From the NCBI GenBank assembly GCA_021414235.1, contig JAIOOV010000003.1, positions 37,560 to 101,559 on the forward strand: DNA of 64,000 bases. The letters run 5' to 3'. A program made the position numbers and the translations under genes. Within the stretch, counting starts at the first letter, position 1. Every line of letters begins with the position of its first letter. Below, piece by piece: positions 27,338-36,333 of the stretch. The notes under the pieces are model-generated. The model worked only from the letters and a program-made list of their open reading frames with translations. It ran no database searches and was not told where the DNA came from. The stretch comes from Candidatus Parcubacteria bacterium. Its GTDB lineage: Bacteria > Patescibacteriota > Minisyncoccia > Phycocordibacterales > JAKFXT01.

Positions 27338-27736
27338 TTAATTGGAAGCAGGCAGCGGACATCCTGTCTTCTCGGCAAGGATGGCAGGAGTAAGCGTCTC
27401 AGCATCCCTCGTGCCGTCCGCGAATTGCCAGGTAGGATAGCCGGTAACGCCAGCATCCGTGCAGACCTTGAGCTGCCCCTTGCCGTTCGGCGTGGAGCAC
27501 TCCACATACGGGAGAAGCTTGGCCGACTTGGCACCGAAGAGCGCCTTCTGCTCCTTGCAGTGCGGGCACCAGAACGCTCCATAGAAGGTCACCCCTTTCT
27601 CCTTGAGACACAAGGCAAGGCCGTCATACTGTCCCGGCGTGCGGGCATCGATGACGTACCAGGCTAGGAGTCCTCCGATGATGAGAACGGTGATAACGCC
27701 CCATACCCATTTAGCGGTTCGGTTCATAGGAAACAT
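27338..27736 (-). CDS. Membrane-anchored thioredoxin-fold thiol-disulfide oxidoreductase (DsbA/VKOR-Trx-like).
   Basis: N-terminal TM anchor; FYGAFWCPHCKEQKALFG active site (CPHC). Confidence 0.8.
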   Translation of the reverse strand: MFPMNRTAKWVWGVITVLIIGGLLAWYVIDARTPGQYDGLALCLKEKGVTFYGAFWCPHCKEQKALFGAKSAKLLPYVECSTPNGKGQLKVCTDAGVTGYPTWQFADGTRDAETLTPAILAEKTGCPLPASN

Positions 27737-27777
27737 CCTAACATGCCGAATGACTCCTTAGGAAAGAGCATCTCCAC

Positions 27778-28851
27778 TCAAGCCGACCATTTGGAAAATG
27801 AGCTGACAATGGTTCCGTATACCGGCAAGGAGGGCAGCCACGTACCAGGGAGCTGTACAGGAGAGGAGGTGTAATTGGCATTTCCAAAGCCTAGCTTGCC
27901 ATTCAACCCATGCCCCCAAAGCCACAATGAACCATCGGCTTTTAAAGCAGATGTATGAAAATTCGCTGCAAAAACAGAAACCCAGGTGCCCGCAAGCTGC
28001 ACTGGAGAAGAACGGTCAATAGTATCCCCGAGCCCCAAGCGACCACTCGCACCAGTGCCCCAGATCCACAGAGAACCATCGTCTTTAATGGAAGCTGTGT
28101 GATTTGCTCCAGCGGCCACCATACTCCACGAGCCAGATATCTGCACCGGAGAAGAACGGTCAGCAGTATCAGCAAGACCGAGCTTCCCAAGCGCTCCAGC
28201 TCCCCAGACCCACAGAGAGTTATCAGGTCTTAAGGCAGCACCGAACGCGCCGCCAAGTTCTACGATTTTCCATGTTCCAGCGAGCTGCGCTGGAGAGGAG
28301 CGATTCAAAGTATTTCCAAGACCCTGTCTCGCGTTAGTACCCGCACCCCACACCCACAACGTTCCGTCCGATCTCACACTTGAGCCGAAGGCGATGCCAA
28401 GAGATACGCTTTTCCAAGTCCCCGCGATCTGCACCGGAGAAGAGTGGTCTATTATGACCCCAAGACCGTGTCGTCCGCTTGTGCCATTACCCCATCCCCA
28501 GAGCGAGCCGTCTGGCTTCAGCGCGATTGAATGGGTGTTACCAAGAGAAGCGGCACTCCATGTACCAGTGATCTGCGTGGGAGAGGAGCGATCAAGAGTA
28601 TCTCCAAGACCGTTCCTCCCGTTGGCAGCAGCCCCCCATAGCCACATGGAAGCATCTGGTCGAAAACCGATGGAGTGAGCGTTACCGAGCGTTATCGCGC
28701 TCCAAGTGCCCGCAAGTTGCACTGGAGAGGAGCGGTCGGCCGTATCTCCAAGACCCATCCGGCCACTGGAACCCGCGCCCCATATAAAAAGATTGGGACC
28801 GATATCCTTAGCGGCAGCCTGAGAATTGAAGGACAACCGATCCGACAGCAT
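27778..28851 (-). CDS. RCC1/BLIP-II-type seven-bladed beta-propeller repeat protein.
   Basis: Seven copies of LW(V/L)WGxxxxGxLGLGDTxDRSSPVQ(I/L)AGTW; no evident signal peptide. Confidence 0.8.
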   Translation of the reverse strand: MLSDRLSFNSQAAAKDIGPNLFIWGAGSSGRMGLGDTADRSSPVQLAGTWSAITLGNAHSIGFRPDASMWLWGAAANGRNGLGDTLDRSSPTQITGTWSAASLGNTHSIALKPDGSLWGWGNGTSGRHGLGVIIDHSSPVQIAGTWKSVSLGIAFGSSVRSDGTLWVWGAGTNARQGLGNTLNRSSPAQLAGTWKIVELGGAFGAALRPDNSLWVWGAGALGKLGLADTADRSSPVQISGSWSMVAAGANHTASIKDDGSLWIWGTGASGRLGLGDTIDRSSPVQLAGTWVSVFAANFHTSALKADGSLWLWGHGLNGKLGFGNANYTSSPVQLPGTWLPSLPVYGTIVSSFSKWSA

Positions 28852-28915
28852 GTCTCTGAATTATTCCACCCTTTCCTGACGTCAACAACCAGAGAAGGGC
28901 AGGGGTTCCTAGGAG

Positions 28916-29329
28916 TTAAGCGAAAAAATTCTCCAAGATCTTGTGATATTCAGGAAAAAGCGTGATTTCCTTAAGATCTTCCTTCCCTATCCAGCGAACC
29001 TCAGCAATCTCCCCATCGTCAAAAGAAAACTGAGTGCTTTCATCCAGAGAACCTCGGAAGGCAATCGCCACAGTTTGAAGACCGGTCTTTCGCTTGATGA
29101 AAGTCCCTGCCCAGATTACTTCCCCTATGGTGGGTTCTACCCCTATCTCCTCGCGGATCTCCCGAGCTAGGCCAATCTCCAAAGTCTCCCCCGCATTCAA
29201 GACTCCCCCAGGAAGATCCCAGAAATCCTGGTCATGCGCGTTCCGACAGACCACTACTTTCCCGTTCGGAGAAACCAAGACCCCTTTGCACGATACCTTG
29301 CCAACAAAATGCTCTTCTCCTTCTTTCAT
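28916..29329 (-). CDS. NUDIX hydrolase (third paralog).
   Basis: GGVLNAGETLEIGLAREIREEIGVE Nudix box. The start codon abuts the 3' end of tRNA-Ile, so the true start may be an internal GTG. Confidence 0.75.
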   Translation of the reverse strand: MKEGEEHFVGKVSCKGVLVSPNGKVVVCRNAHDQDFWDLPGGVLNAGETLEIGLAREIREEIGVEPTIGEVIWAGTFIKRKTGLQTVAIAFRGSLDESTQFSFDDGEIAEVRWIGKEDLKEITLFPEYHKILENFFA

Positions 29330-29330
29330 A

Positions 29331-29405
29331 TGGTGCGAGTGGAAGGAATCGGACCTTCGACCTTTTCATTATCAGTGAAATGCTCTACCACTGAGCTACA
29401 CTCGC
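29331..29405 (-). tRNA. tRNA-Ile(GAT) with encoded CCA.
   Basis: GCGAGUG-UA-GCUC-AGUGGUAGA-GC-A-UUUCA-CUGAUAA-UGAAA-AGGUC-GAAGG-UCCGAUU-CCUUC-CACUCGC-A-CCA. The T-loop UCCGAUU is slightly non-canonical. Confidence 0.88.
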
Positions 29406-29599
29406 TTGTCGGAGGAATATAACAGAAAGGAGGGTAGGTGACAATTGAACCCAAGGAGGGATTCTTGGTTATCCACCCCTTGTGCTCAGGGCCACGGAAT
29501 GTATGATAAGCGGCGTTACCAATTTTTTAGCCTCCTTCAAACAGACGGTCACCGACGTACTGGAGACGGAACGAGCGGAGGAAAATTCTCTAAGAGGAA

Positions 29600-30844
29600 A
29601 TGGATCACCCCCCACAGAAGGAATACGAGACGGAGGTCGTCGAGTACCCTTGGATACCAAGCACTACTAAGAACCGCCAGCAGAAAAAAAGCCTCAAAAG
29701 CTCCCCTATCGCCGCGCCGGATAAACTGTCACGACTGATCGCAGAGCAGAATCCCCAGACGCCCTTCCTGGCTGTCGACCTGGATGTCATCGCCGCCAAC
29801 TACAGATCCCTCCGCACCAACCTGCCGAAAGCGGAGGTCTTTTACGCAGTGAAAGCCAACCCAGAGCCAGAGGTGGTCCGTCTCCTCGTAGGACTCGGCT
29901 CCTCCTTCGACGTCGCGAGCCCTGCCGAGATAGAGCTCGTCCTCGGAGCCGGCGCAGAGGCGAACCAGGTCTCCTACGGCAACACCATCAAGAAGGAGCG
30001 CGATATCGCCTTCGCCTACGAGCAAGGCGTCCGCCTCTTCGCCTTCGATTCCGAAGAGGAACTCCTGAAGATCGCGCGAGTGGCCCCGAGATCCAAAGTC
30101 TTTTGTCGGATACTCACCAGCAATGAAGGCGCAGAGTGGCCGCTCTCACGCAAATTCGGCTGCGAGATAAGTATGGCCCGCGATCTCCTCATCAAAGCGC
30201 AGGAACTCGGCTTAGAGCCGCACGGAGTTTCCTTCCACGTAGGCTCACAGCAGACTCGTCTGGATCAGTGGGATACGCCACTCCGCGAAGCCTCTGAACT
30301 ATTCACCTCGCTCAAAGAGGCTGGTATCACCCTCTCCATGGTCAACATCGGCGGAGGACTCCCTGCACACTACCAGAACGACATCGAACCAGTAGAGGCC
30401 TATGCCGCCGCGATCTCTGATGCGATGACGAAGTCTTTCAGGACAGAGCAGCCGCAGATGATCATCGAGCCAGGTCGCTCGCTCGTCGGCGACTCCGGCA
30501 CTATCGAGACAGAGATCGTCCTTATATCTAAGAAGTCCTACACAGACGATGTCCGCTGGGTCTACCTCGATATCGGAAAATTCGGGGGTCTCGCCGAGAC
30601 GCACGACGAAGCCATCAAATACCGCATCGAAGTGATCGGGCGCAGCGGCCCCACCGCCCCCGTGATCCTCGCCGGTCCCTCCTGCGATTCCGTAGATATC
30701 CTCTACGAGAAGTTCCAGTATCAGCTGCCGCTCTCGATGAGGGTGGGTGACCGCATCCGCATCCATGCGACCGGTGCATATACCTCGAGCTATTCCTCCG
30801 TCGGCTTCAACGGCTTTGCGCCGCTGCCCACCTATTGCATCTAG
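29600..30844 (+). CDS. PLP-dependent Orn/Lys/Arg decarboxylase (fold III, eukaryote-type ornithine-decarboxylase-like).
   Basis: FYAVKANP PLP-lysine motif, GGG loop (NIGGGLP), EPGR, GPSCDSVD substrate-binding Cys motif. Confidence 0.85.
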   Translation: MDHPPQKEYETEVVEYPWIPSTTKNRQQKKSLKSSPIAAPDKLSRLIAEQNPQTPFLAVDLDVIAANYRSLRTNLPKAEVFYAVKANPEPEVVRLLVGLGSSFDVASPAEIELVLGAGAEANQVSYGNTIKKERDIAFAYEQGVRLFAFDSEEELLKIARVAPRSKVFCRILTSNEGAEWPLSRKFGCEISMARDLLIKAQELGLEPHGVSFHVGSQQTRLDQWDTPLREASELFTSLKEAGITLSMVNIGGGLPAHYQNDIEPVEAYAAAISDAMTKSFRTEQPQMIIEPGRSLVGDSGTIETEIVLISKKSYTDDVRWVYLDIGKFGGLAETHDEAIKYRIEVIGRSGPTAPVILAGPSCDSVDILYEKFQYQLPLSMRVGDRIRIHATGAYTSSYSSVGFNGFAPLPTYCI

Positions 30845-30861
30845 AGAATAGCAGGAATAGA

Positions 30862-30897
30862 CTGCCACCAGACCAAAGTAGGTCTGGTGGCAGTTTT
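30862..30897 (+). terminator. Terminator after the decarboxylase gene.
   Basis: CTGCCACCAGACC-aaagta-GGTCTGGTGGCAG then TTTTG. Confidence 0.55.
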
Positions 30898-30926
30898 GCA
30901 ATCCTTCAACCTTAGAGCAGGGGCAC

Positions 30927-31184
30927 ATGCCAATCAAACGGATTAACGGACGCACCACTCAATACAAGGGACGCTCCAGACAGGCACGCCCTGGAACATC
31001 CCGGGCCCTTAGGACCCAAGAGCAAGACCAAGAGGTAACCCCGAGCGACAAGGTCGCATGGACGGCCAAGCCGCCTGCAAAAGAGACCAGCCGTCCTTCT
31101 GCACAAGCGAGCGCTCGTGCCGCGCGCGATCTCCTCGACAAGAAGGCTGCTGCGCGAGCTGCTGCCAGAACCTCCACCACCTGA
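30927..31184 (+). CDS. Hypothetical small basic Ala/Arg-rich protein (85 aa).
   Basis: ORF track; GGGG-5 nt-ATG; its own terminator immediately downstream. Confidence 0.3.
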   Translation: MPIKRINGRTTQYKGRSRQARPGTSRALRTQEQDQEVTPSDKVAWTAKPPAKETSRPSAQASARAARDLLDKKAAARAAARTSTT

Positions 31185-31195
31185 CCGATACAACC

Positions 31196-31226
31196 CCGCC
31201 CGCCGTTCCTCAGAACGGCGGGCGGC
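31196..31226 (+). terminator. Terminator hairpin (plus strand).
   Basis: CCGCCCGCCGTTC-ctcag-GAACGGCGGGCGG. Confidence 0.5.
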
Positions 31227-31257
31227 GATTCGTTTACATACAAAAACAAAAGACCCC

Positions 31258-31295
31258 CTTGCTCTGCTGCGCGGAGTTGCGCGCAGCAGAGCAAG
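31258..31295 (-). terminator. Terminator hairpin (minus strand) with a 16-bp perfect stem.
   Basis: CTTGCTCTGCTGCGCG-gagtt-GCGCGCAGCAGAGCAAG; A-run upstream on the plus strand. Confidence 0.5.
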
Positions 31296-31307
31296 ATGGG
31301 TCCGAGA

Positions 31308-31538
31308 TCAGACGAGGAGAGACCGGAGCCAGGGATAGATATTCATCCATCCGTGAAGCCAGGGATAGTACTCGCTGTCAGCGAGAAACGTACCGATGCT
31401 GGCGGCGAAATAAAGCAGAAGAAGGAGAGCGAGGAAGGTGCGAATGTTGCCGTTACCAACGCATTCACCCTCGAGGTAGGCCCGTGAGTGGTTCTTGACC
31501 ACTTCAAAGTCGATAAGCTTCGAATCGGAGTTTGCCAC
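31308..31538 (-). CDS. Hypothetical small membrane protein (76 aa).
   Basis: ORF track; one TM helix (TFLALLLLLYFAASIGTFL); flanked by the terminator. Confidence 0.3.
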   Translation of the reverse strand: MANSDSKLIDFEVVKNHSRAYLEGECVGNGNIRTFLALLLLLYFAASIGTFLADSEYYPWLHGWMNIYPWLRSLLV

Positions 31539-31616
31539 GGTGTTCCCCCTTCGGAACGTTAAGCTGTTTTAACTATACACACAATATACATATCTGTCAA
31601 CCCCCTCTCAAACAAA

Positions 31617-31646
31617 GCAAAAACCACCCTTTTGGGGTGGTTTTTG
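31617..31646 (-). terminator. Terminator ~150 nt downstream of the 16S 3' end.
   Basis: AAAACCACCC-tttt-GGGGTGGTTTTT. Confidence 0.5.
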
Positions 31647-31794
31647 CGAGTATTACTATCCTTTCTTTTGTTCCGTTCTAACCGTCCTTTCCCGGTACGG
31701 TGTCGGTCGCTCCAATTTAAGGTTTAAGAGCGATTACCTACTTCTTGCGAAGTATCGGCCGATCAGTCCTAGGCTTGCGCCCGGACATTTCAAT

Positions 31795-33288
31795 TTGAAT
31801 AATTCCACGAACAGCTTCCGCTACCCGTGCCTTGTTACGACTTACTCCCTGTCACCGAGCTTACCGTGATCCCGCTTGCGCGGGGCTTCGGGTATTCCCG
31901 GCTCCCTTGAGTTGACGGGCGGTGAGTACAAGACTTGAGAACGTATTCACCGCGGTATAGCTGACCCGCGATTACTAGCGATTCCGGCTTCATGGAGTCG
32001 AGTTGCAGACTCCAATCTGAATTGGGGCCACCTTTCTAAGGATTTGCTCCGGCTCGCGCCATTGCGTCCCGTTGTAGTGGCCATTGTATCACGTGTGTAG
32101 CCCAGGGTATCTAAGGGCATGCTGACCTGGCGTCATCCTCTCCTTCCTCCCCCGCAGCTACGCACCTTTCTTTTTAGAAAAGCTGCGCAATTGCGGGGGC
32201 AGTCTCGCCTGACACTTGAAACAGGCAACGAGGGTTGCGTTCGTTACCCCACTGAAGGGAACAGTTCAAACCACGAACTGACGACGGCCATGCACCACCT
32301 GTCTAGCCGCCCTTGTGAGGCGCTAAATCTTTCGGCTTAGCTTCGTCTAGATTTCTAACCCTGGTAAGGTTCTTCGTTTAACGTCGAATTAAACCACATG
32401 ATCCACCGCTTGTGCAAGTCCCCGTCTATTCCTTTGAGTTTTAACCTTGCGGTCGTACTACCCAGGCGGTTTTCTTAACGCGTTAGCTTCGCCTCTCAGA
32501 GGGTCGATTCTCCGAAAAGCCAGAAAACAAAGTTTAGGGCGTGGACTACTGGGGTATCTAATCCCATTCGCTACCCACGCTTTCGTGTTTGAGTGTCAGA
32601 AATGCGCCAGCATGCTGCCTTCGCTTTCGGTGTTCCCCATAATATCAACGGATTTCACCCCTACACTATGAGTTCCGCATGCCTCTCGCACTCTCTAGTC
32701 GTACCGTTTCCCCCGCAGATCCAGGGTTGAGCCCCGGGTTTTAACAGAAGACTAATACGACCACCTACACACCCTTTACGCCCAATGATTCCGGATAACG
32801 CTTGGGGCCTCTGTATTACCGCTCCTGCTGGCACAGAGTTAGGAGCCCCTTATTCATGAGGTACCGTCAATTACTTCTTCCCTCATAAAAGACCTTTACG
32901 TCCCGAAGGACTTCATCAATCACGCGGCGTCGCTCCGTCAGGCTTGCGCCCATTGCGGAAGATTCTCGACTGCGGCCACCCGTAGGTGTATGGACCGTAT
33001 CTCAGTTCCATCGGTGGGGGTCAGCCTCTCAGCTCCCCTAAGCGTCGTCGCCTTGGTAGGCCATTACCCTACCAACTAGCTGATACTGCGCAGGCTTCTC
33101 CAGAAGCGATAAATCTTTACTCTCGCGAGACTATCGGGAATTATCCTGCCTTTCGGCAGGTTATGCCCGACTTCTGGGTAAATTCCTACGTGTTACTACC
33201 TCGTCTGCCGTGGGTCTAACCCACTCGACTTGCATGCCTTATCCACGCCGCCAGCGTTCATCCTGAGCTAGGATCAAACTCTAATAAA
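31795..33288 (-). rRNA. 16S rRNA, about 1.5 kb, no large insertions; transcribed alone, unlinked from the 23S-5S unit.
   Basis: 5' end ...UUAUUAGAGUUUGAUCCUAGCUCAG (plus-strand complement at 33271-33287); 3' region ...AAGUCGUAACAAGG plus helix 45 with a CGGAAG loop; many universal blocks (e.g. the complements of GTATTACCGCGGCTGCTGGCAC and GGACTACCAGGGTATCTAAT on the plus strand). Confidence 0.9.
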
Positions 33289-33562
33289 AGAGATGTTGTC
33301 GCGATACAAAGCTTGCGCCTTGTATCGGGACACTATATCCGTTCGAACGGAACAAGAGAAAAGATAGTCTTTACTCATGCGTTTCGATGGTACTCAGGAC
33401 TCCTGTTGATTAGACAGGATCCGAAATCATTTTTTGGAATAATTCTACTCCAACTTGCACAAGACCAATGTCTTGTTTGGCCCCTCGCAGCCGATGAGGG
33501 CGGAGGGGCTATGTCGTAACTTTTTCAAACATCAAGCCTCACCCATTCGTGAGGCAGGAATG

Positions 33563-33590
33563 CATTATACGCACGGGGAACCCTAAGTCA
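33563..33590 (-). promoter_or_regulatory. Consensus sigma70-type promoter for the 16S gene (TTGACT-16 nt-TATAAT).
   Basis: On the minus strand: TTGACTtagggttccccgtgcgTATAAT, giving a leader of about 260 nt. Confidence 0.55.
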
Positions 33591-33670
33591 AGGAGCCCTG
33601 GAGGGCCCTTGACGAGGGGCTGAAATAAGGGCATTTTATGCCTCAGTCCCGTCCCCCACCGAGGTGATCC

Positions 33671-33973
33671 ATGCGCCACTTCTCCCTGGCCATCTTGGCC
33701 TTCGTGGTTCTCGGTTTCCCCCCAAGCTCCGCAGGATGGATGTCGGTCCCAGAGGTCGAGGAGTGCAGTATCTTCGAAGTCGGCAGGACCGGCGTACTGC
33801 GGGCCGAACTCAATGAGACGACGAGGAAGAGGCGGGTATGCAGGATCCCCTGCCAAGCGGATCCCGCAATTCCAGCCTTCGCCCGCCACCCCGCCATCAT
33901 CAAATTCGAGCCCAAAGAAGAAAGGTACTTCTTCAAGTGCGTACAAGAAGGGCCGATGAAGATTGAACGCTGA
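33671..33973 (+). CDS. Small secreted Cys-containing protein (100 aa), hypothetical.
   Basis: Signal peptide MRHFSLAILAFVVLGFPPSSAG; preceded by a perfect SD-like GAGGTGATCC-ATG; strong terminator downstream. Confidence 0.45.
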   Translation: MRHFSLAILAFVVLGFPPSSAGWMSVPEVEECSIFEVGRTGVLRAELNETTRKRRVCRIPCQADPAIPAFARHPAIIKFEPKEERYFFKCVQEGPMKIER

Positions 33974-33980
33974 AGCAGAA

Positions 33981-34018
33981 AGCGCCTGACGACCCATCGT
34001 CAGGCGCTCCCCTTTTTA
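33981..34018 (+). terminator. Strong rho-independent terminator.
   Basis: AGCGCCTGACG-accca-TCGTCAGGCGCT then CCCCTTTTTAT. Confidence 0.6.
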
Positions 34019-34032
34019 TATACGAACACCGC

Positions 34033-34941
34033 CTACTTCCTCCGCTGCCACACTTCCGCAGTCACCAAGAGAGGCGACGCGATGAAGATCGAAGAGTAGG
34101 TACCTGCGATGATACCCACGAGGAGGGCGAGCGAGAAGTGCTGGGTAGAGTGGCTACCGAAGACATAGAGCGCCACGAGTGCAAGGACGGTGGTGAGGGA
34201 GGTATTGATAGAGCGAGCGAAGGTCTGGGAGATACTCTTCCCCACCGTCTCCTCGAAGGTCTCCCGGATACCCTTCTCGGAGTTACGACGCAGATTCTCA
34301 CGCACGCGGTCGAAGACCACGATGGTGTCGTGGATGGAGAAACCGAGGATCACGAGGAGCGCAGTCACGAAGAGTGTATCCACTTCTGCACCCGTGTAGT
34401 GGCCGAGGACGGCGAAGAGGCCGACTGGGATGATCACGTCGTGCGCGAGGCCCACCACCGCCATGAGGCCGTACTTCCAAGAAGAGACAGGTGCAGAGAC
34501 CTTGCGGAAGGCGAAAGCGATAAAGAGCACGATAGCGAGGATCACGAGCAGGATAGAGAAGAGCGCCTTAGTGCGAAGCTCCTTGCCCACGGTAGGCCCG
34601 ATAGCATCAAAACGCGTCTCCGTGAGCGGCACCGTGCCCCCACGAGAAAGGACCGTCAGGGCATCCGCGTGGCCGCTACCCTCCAGGAAAGGAGTGCGCA
34701 AGATGAAGCCCTGCTCACCCGTCGGGCGCACTGAGTAGCCGCGGAAAGCGGGGTTCACATCGAGATCGAGCTTGATCACCTCGATATCCGGACGCTCGGC
34801 GGCATATTCCACCTCCATGATGGAACCGCCTTTAAAATCGATGCCGAAGTTGAGCCCGAAGACCGCCACCGCAGAGAGCGAAGCGACGAGGAGGAGCACC
34901 GAGAGGAGGTAGAAGGCTGCGCGGTGTTTAACGATGAACAT
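34033..34941 (-). CDS. secF: Protein translocase subunit SecF.
   Basis: Six TM helices with conserved SecF periplasmic domain; start at MFIVKH (residue 23 of the track ORF). Confidence 0.9.
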   Translation of the reverse strand: MFIVKHRAAFYLLSVLLLVASLSAVAVFGLNFGIDFKGGSIMEVEYAAERPDIEVIKLDLDVNPAFRGYSVRPTGEQGFILRTPFLEGSGHADALTVLSRGGTVPLTETRFDAIGPTVGKELRTKALFSILLVILAIVLFIAFAFRKVSAPVSSWKYGLMAVVGLAHDVIIPVGLFAVLGHYTGAEVDTLFVTALLVILGFSIHDTIVVFDRVRENLRRNSEKGIRETFEETVGKSISQTFARSINTSLTTVLALVALYVFGSHSTQHFSLALLVGIIAGTYSSIFIASPLLVTAEVWQRRK

Positions 34942-34942
34942 A

Positions 34943-36280
34943 TTATTTGTTGGAAAAGCCATTACCGAAGAGGAAGCGGACCGCGCCCTCGTTCTTACGG
35001 AGACCAAGGCCCAAGGAGAAGAGGAGCGTACGGGTCACAGTGATTGCGGTGAACATGGAGACGAGCACGCCGATGACGAAGACGAGGGCAAAGCCTTTAA
35101 TGATCGGTGTGCCACCCATCCAGAAGAGGATGGCAGCCGTGATGATGCTTGAGAGGTTTGAATCCCTAATGGAGAGCCACGCGCGCGCGAAGCCCTCACG
35201 CACCGCATCATTGAGCAAGCTGCCATTGCGGAGCTCTTCCTTCATGCGCTCGAAGATGAGGATGTTGGCATCTACCGCCATACCGATGGAGAGGATGAAG
35301 GCAGCGAGGCCCGCGGCAGTGAGCGTCACCGGGATGAGCTTGAAGAGCGCCAGGTTAAGGCAGACGTAGAAGATGAGCGCGATAATCGCGAGAAAACCAG
35401 GGAGACGATACCAGAGAAGCAGGAAAGCGGCGATGAGCGCAAAGCCGATGAGACCCGCGTAGACGCTGCGCGCAGTAGCCTCATCACCAAGGGATGCACC
35501 GATGGTCTGGGTAGAGACGAGCTCGATCGGCACGGGGAGCGCACCGTAGTTGAGGTCGCGCACCAGAGTACGCGCTTCCTCCGGAGTGAACTGCCCGAAG
35601 ATCTGAGCCTGTCCGTTCGGGATAGATTCGCGGATGACCGGAGTGGATATCGCTGCGCCGTCGAGGAAGATGGCGAGAGTGCGTCCCGTGTTCTCACGAG
35701 TGATCTTGGCGAACAGCGCCTTACCTTCATCATTGAACTGCAGAGCGACCAGAGGCTCTCCGCTCGTCGAATCGAATTCGAGTGTGGTGCGCTCAAGGAG
35801 ACGACCGGTGAGTCCGGTCTCCTCAAAAGCACTCTTCAACACCTCCGGATCTGCGAGCGTGTCGAGAGAGATTCCCTGCTTCAAGAGCTTGAATTCGAGC
35901 TCGGGAGTAGCGCCGATCATCTTGATAGCCTTGTCGATATCCGTGACTCCCGGGAGCTCCACGATGAGACGCTCTTCTGGAGAACCCGTAAGAAGACCTG
36001 AGCGCTCTACCTGAACCAAGGGCTCGGAGACACCGAAGAGGTTGACCCGGCGCTCGATGACACCGCGAAGAGACTCCATAGAGCTCGCTACATCCCCTGC
36101 CGCGAGCTTGGTAGTATCCGCGCGATACACGAGATGCGCCCCTCCCTTGAGGTCGAGACCAAGGACGAAGGGGAACCGGCCGAGAGCGGAGGATGGCTTC
36201 GTTTCAGAGTTATATACAAACGCAGCGATGAGGCCGGCAGCAAGGATGAGGGCAGCAGCCCCGAGTCGTATTTTCCACAT
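34943..36280 (-). CDS. secD: Protein translocase subunit SecD.
   Basis: N-terminal TM helix, periplasmic P1 domain, C-terminal 5 TM helices; start at MWKIRLG (residue 17). Confidence 0.9.
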   Translation of the reverse strand: MWKIRLGAAALILAAGLIAAFVYNSETKPSSALGRFPFVLGLDLKGGAHLVYRADTTKLAAGDVASSMESLRGVIERRVNLFGVSEPLVQVERSGLLTGSPEERLIVELPGVTDIDKAIKMIGATPELEFKLLKQGISLDTLADPEVLKSAFEETGLTGRLLERTTLEFDSTSGEPLVALQFNDEGKALFAKITRENTGRTLAIFLDGAAISTPVIRESIPNGQAQIFGQFTPEEARTLVRDLNYGALPVPIELVSTQTIGASLGDEATARSVYAGLIGFALIAAFLLLWYRLPGFLAIIALIFYVCLNLALFKLIPVTLTAAGLAAFILSIGMAVDANILIFERMKEELRNGSLLNDAVREGFARAWLSIRDSNLSSIITAAILFWMGGTPIIKGFALVFVIGVLVSMFTAITVTRTLLFSLGLGLRKNEGAVRFLFGNGFSNK

Positions 36281-36333
36281 AGGCGCTAGTATAGCCGCTA
36301 AACAGCTCTGTGCAACTTCGATATGCAAATAGG

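Noticed and set aside
29405-29600. Second tRNA next to tRNA-Ile (GGTTCAATT-like segment at ~29440).
   Set aside because: No acceptor stem or cloverleaf could be formed. Treated as the promoter/5' region of the decarboxylase gene.
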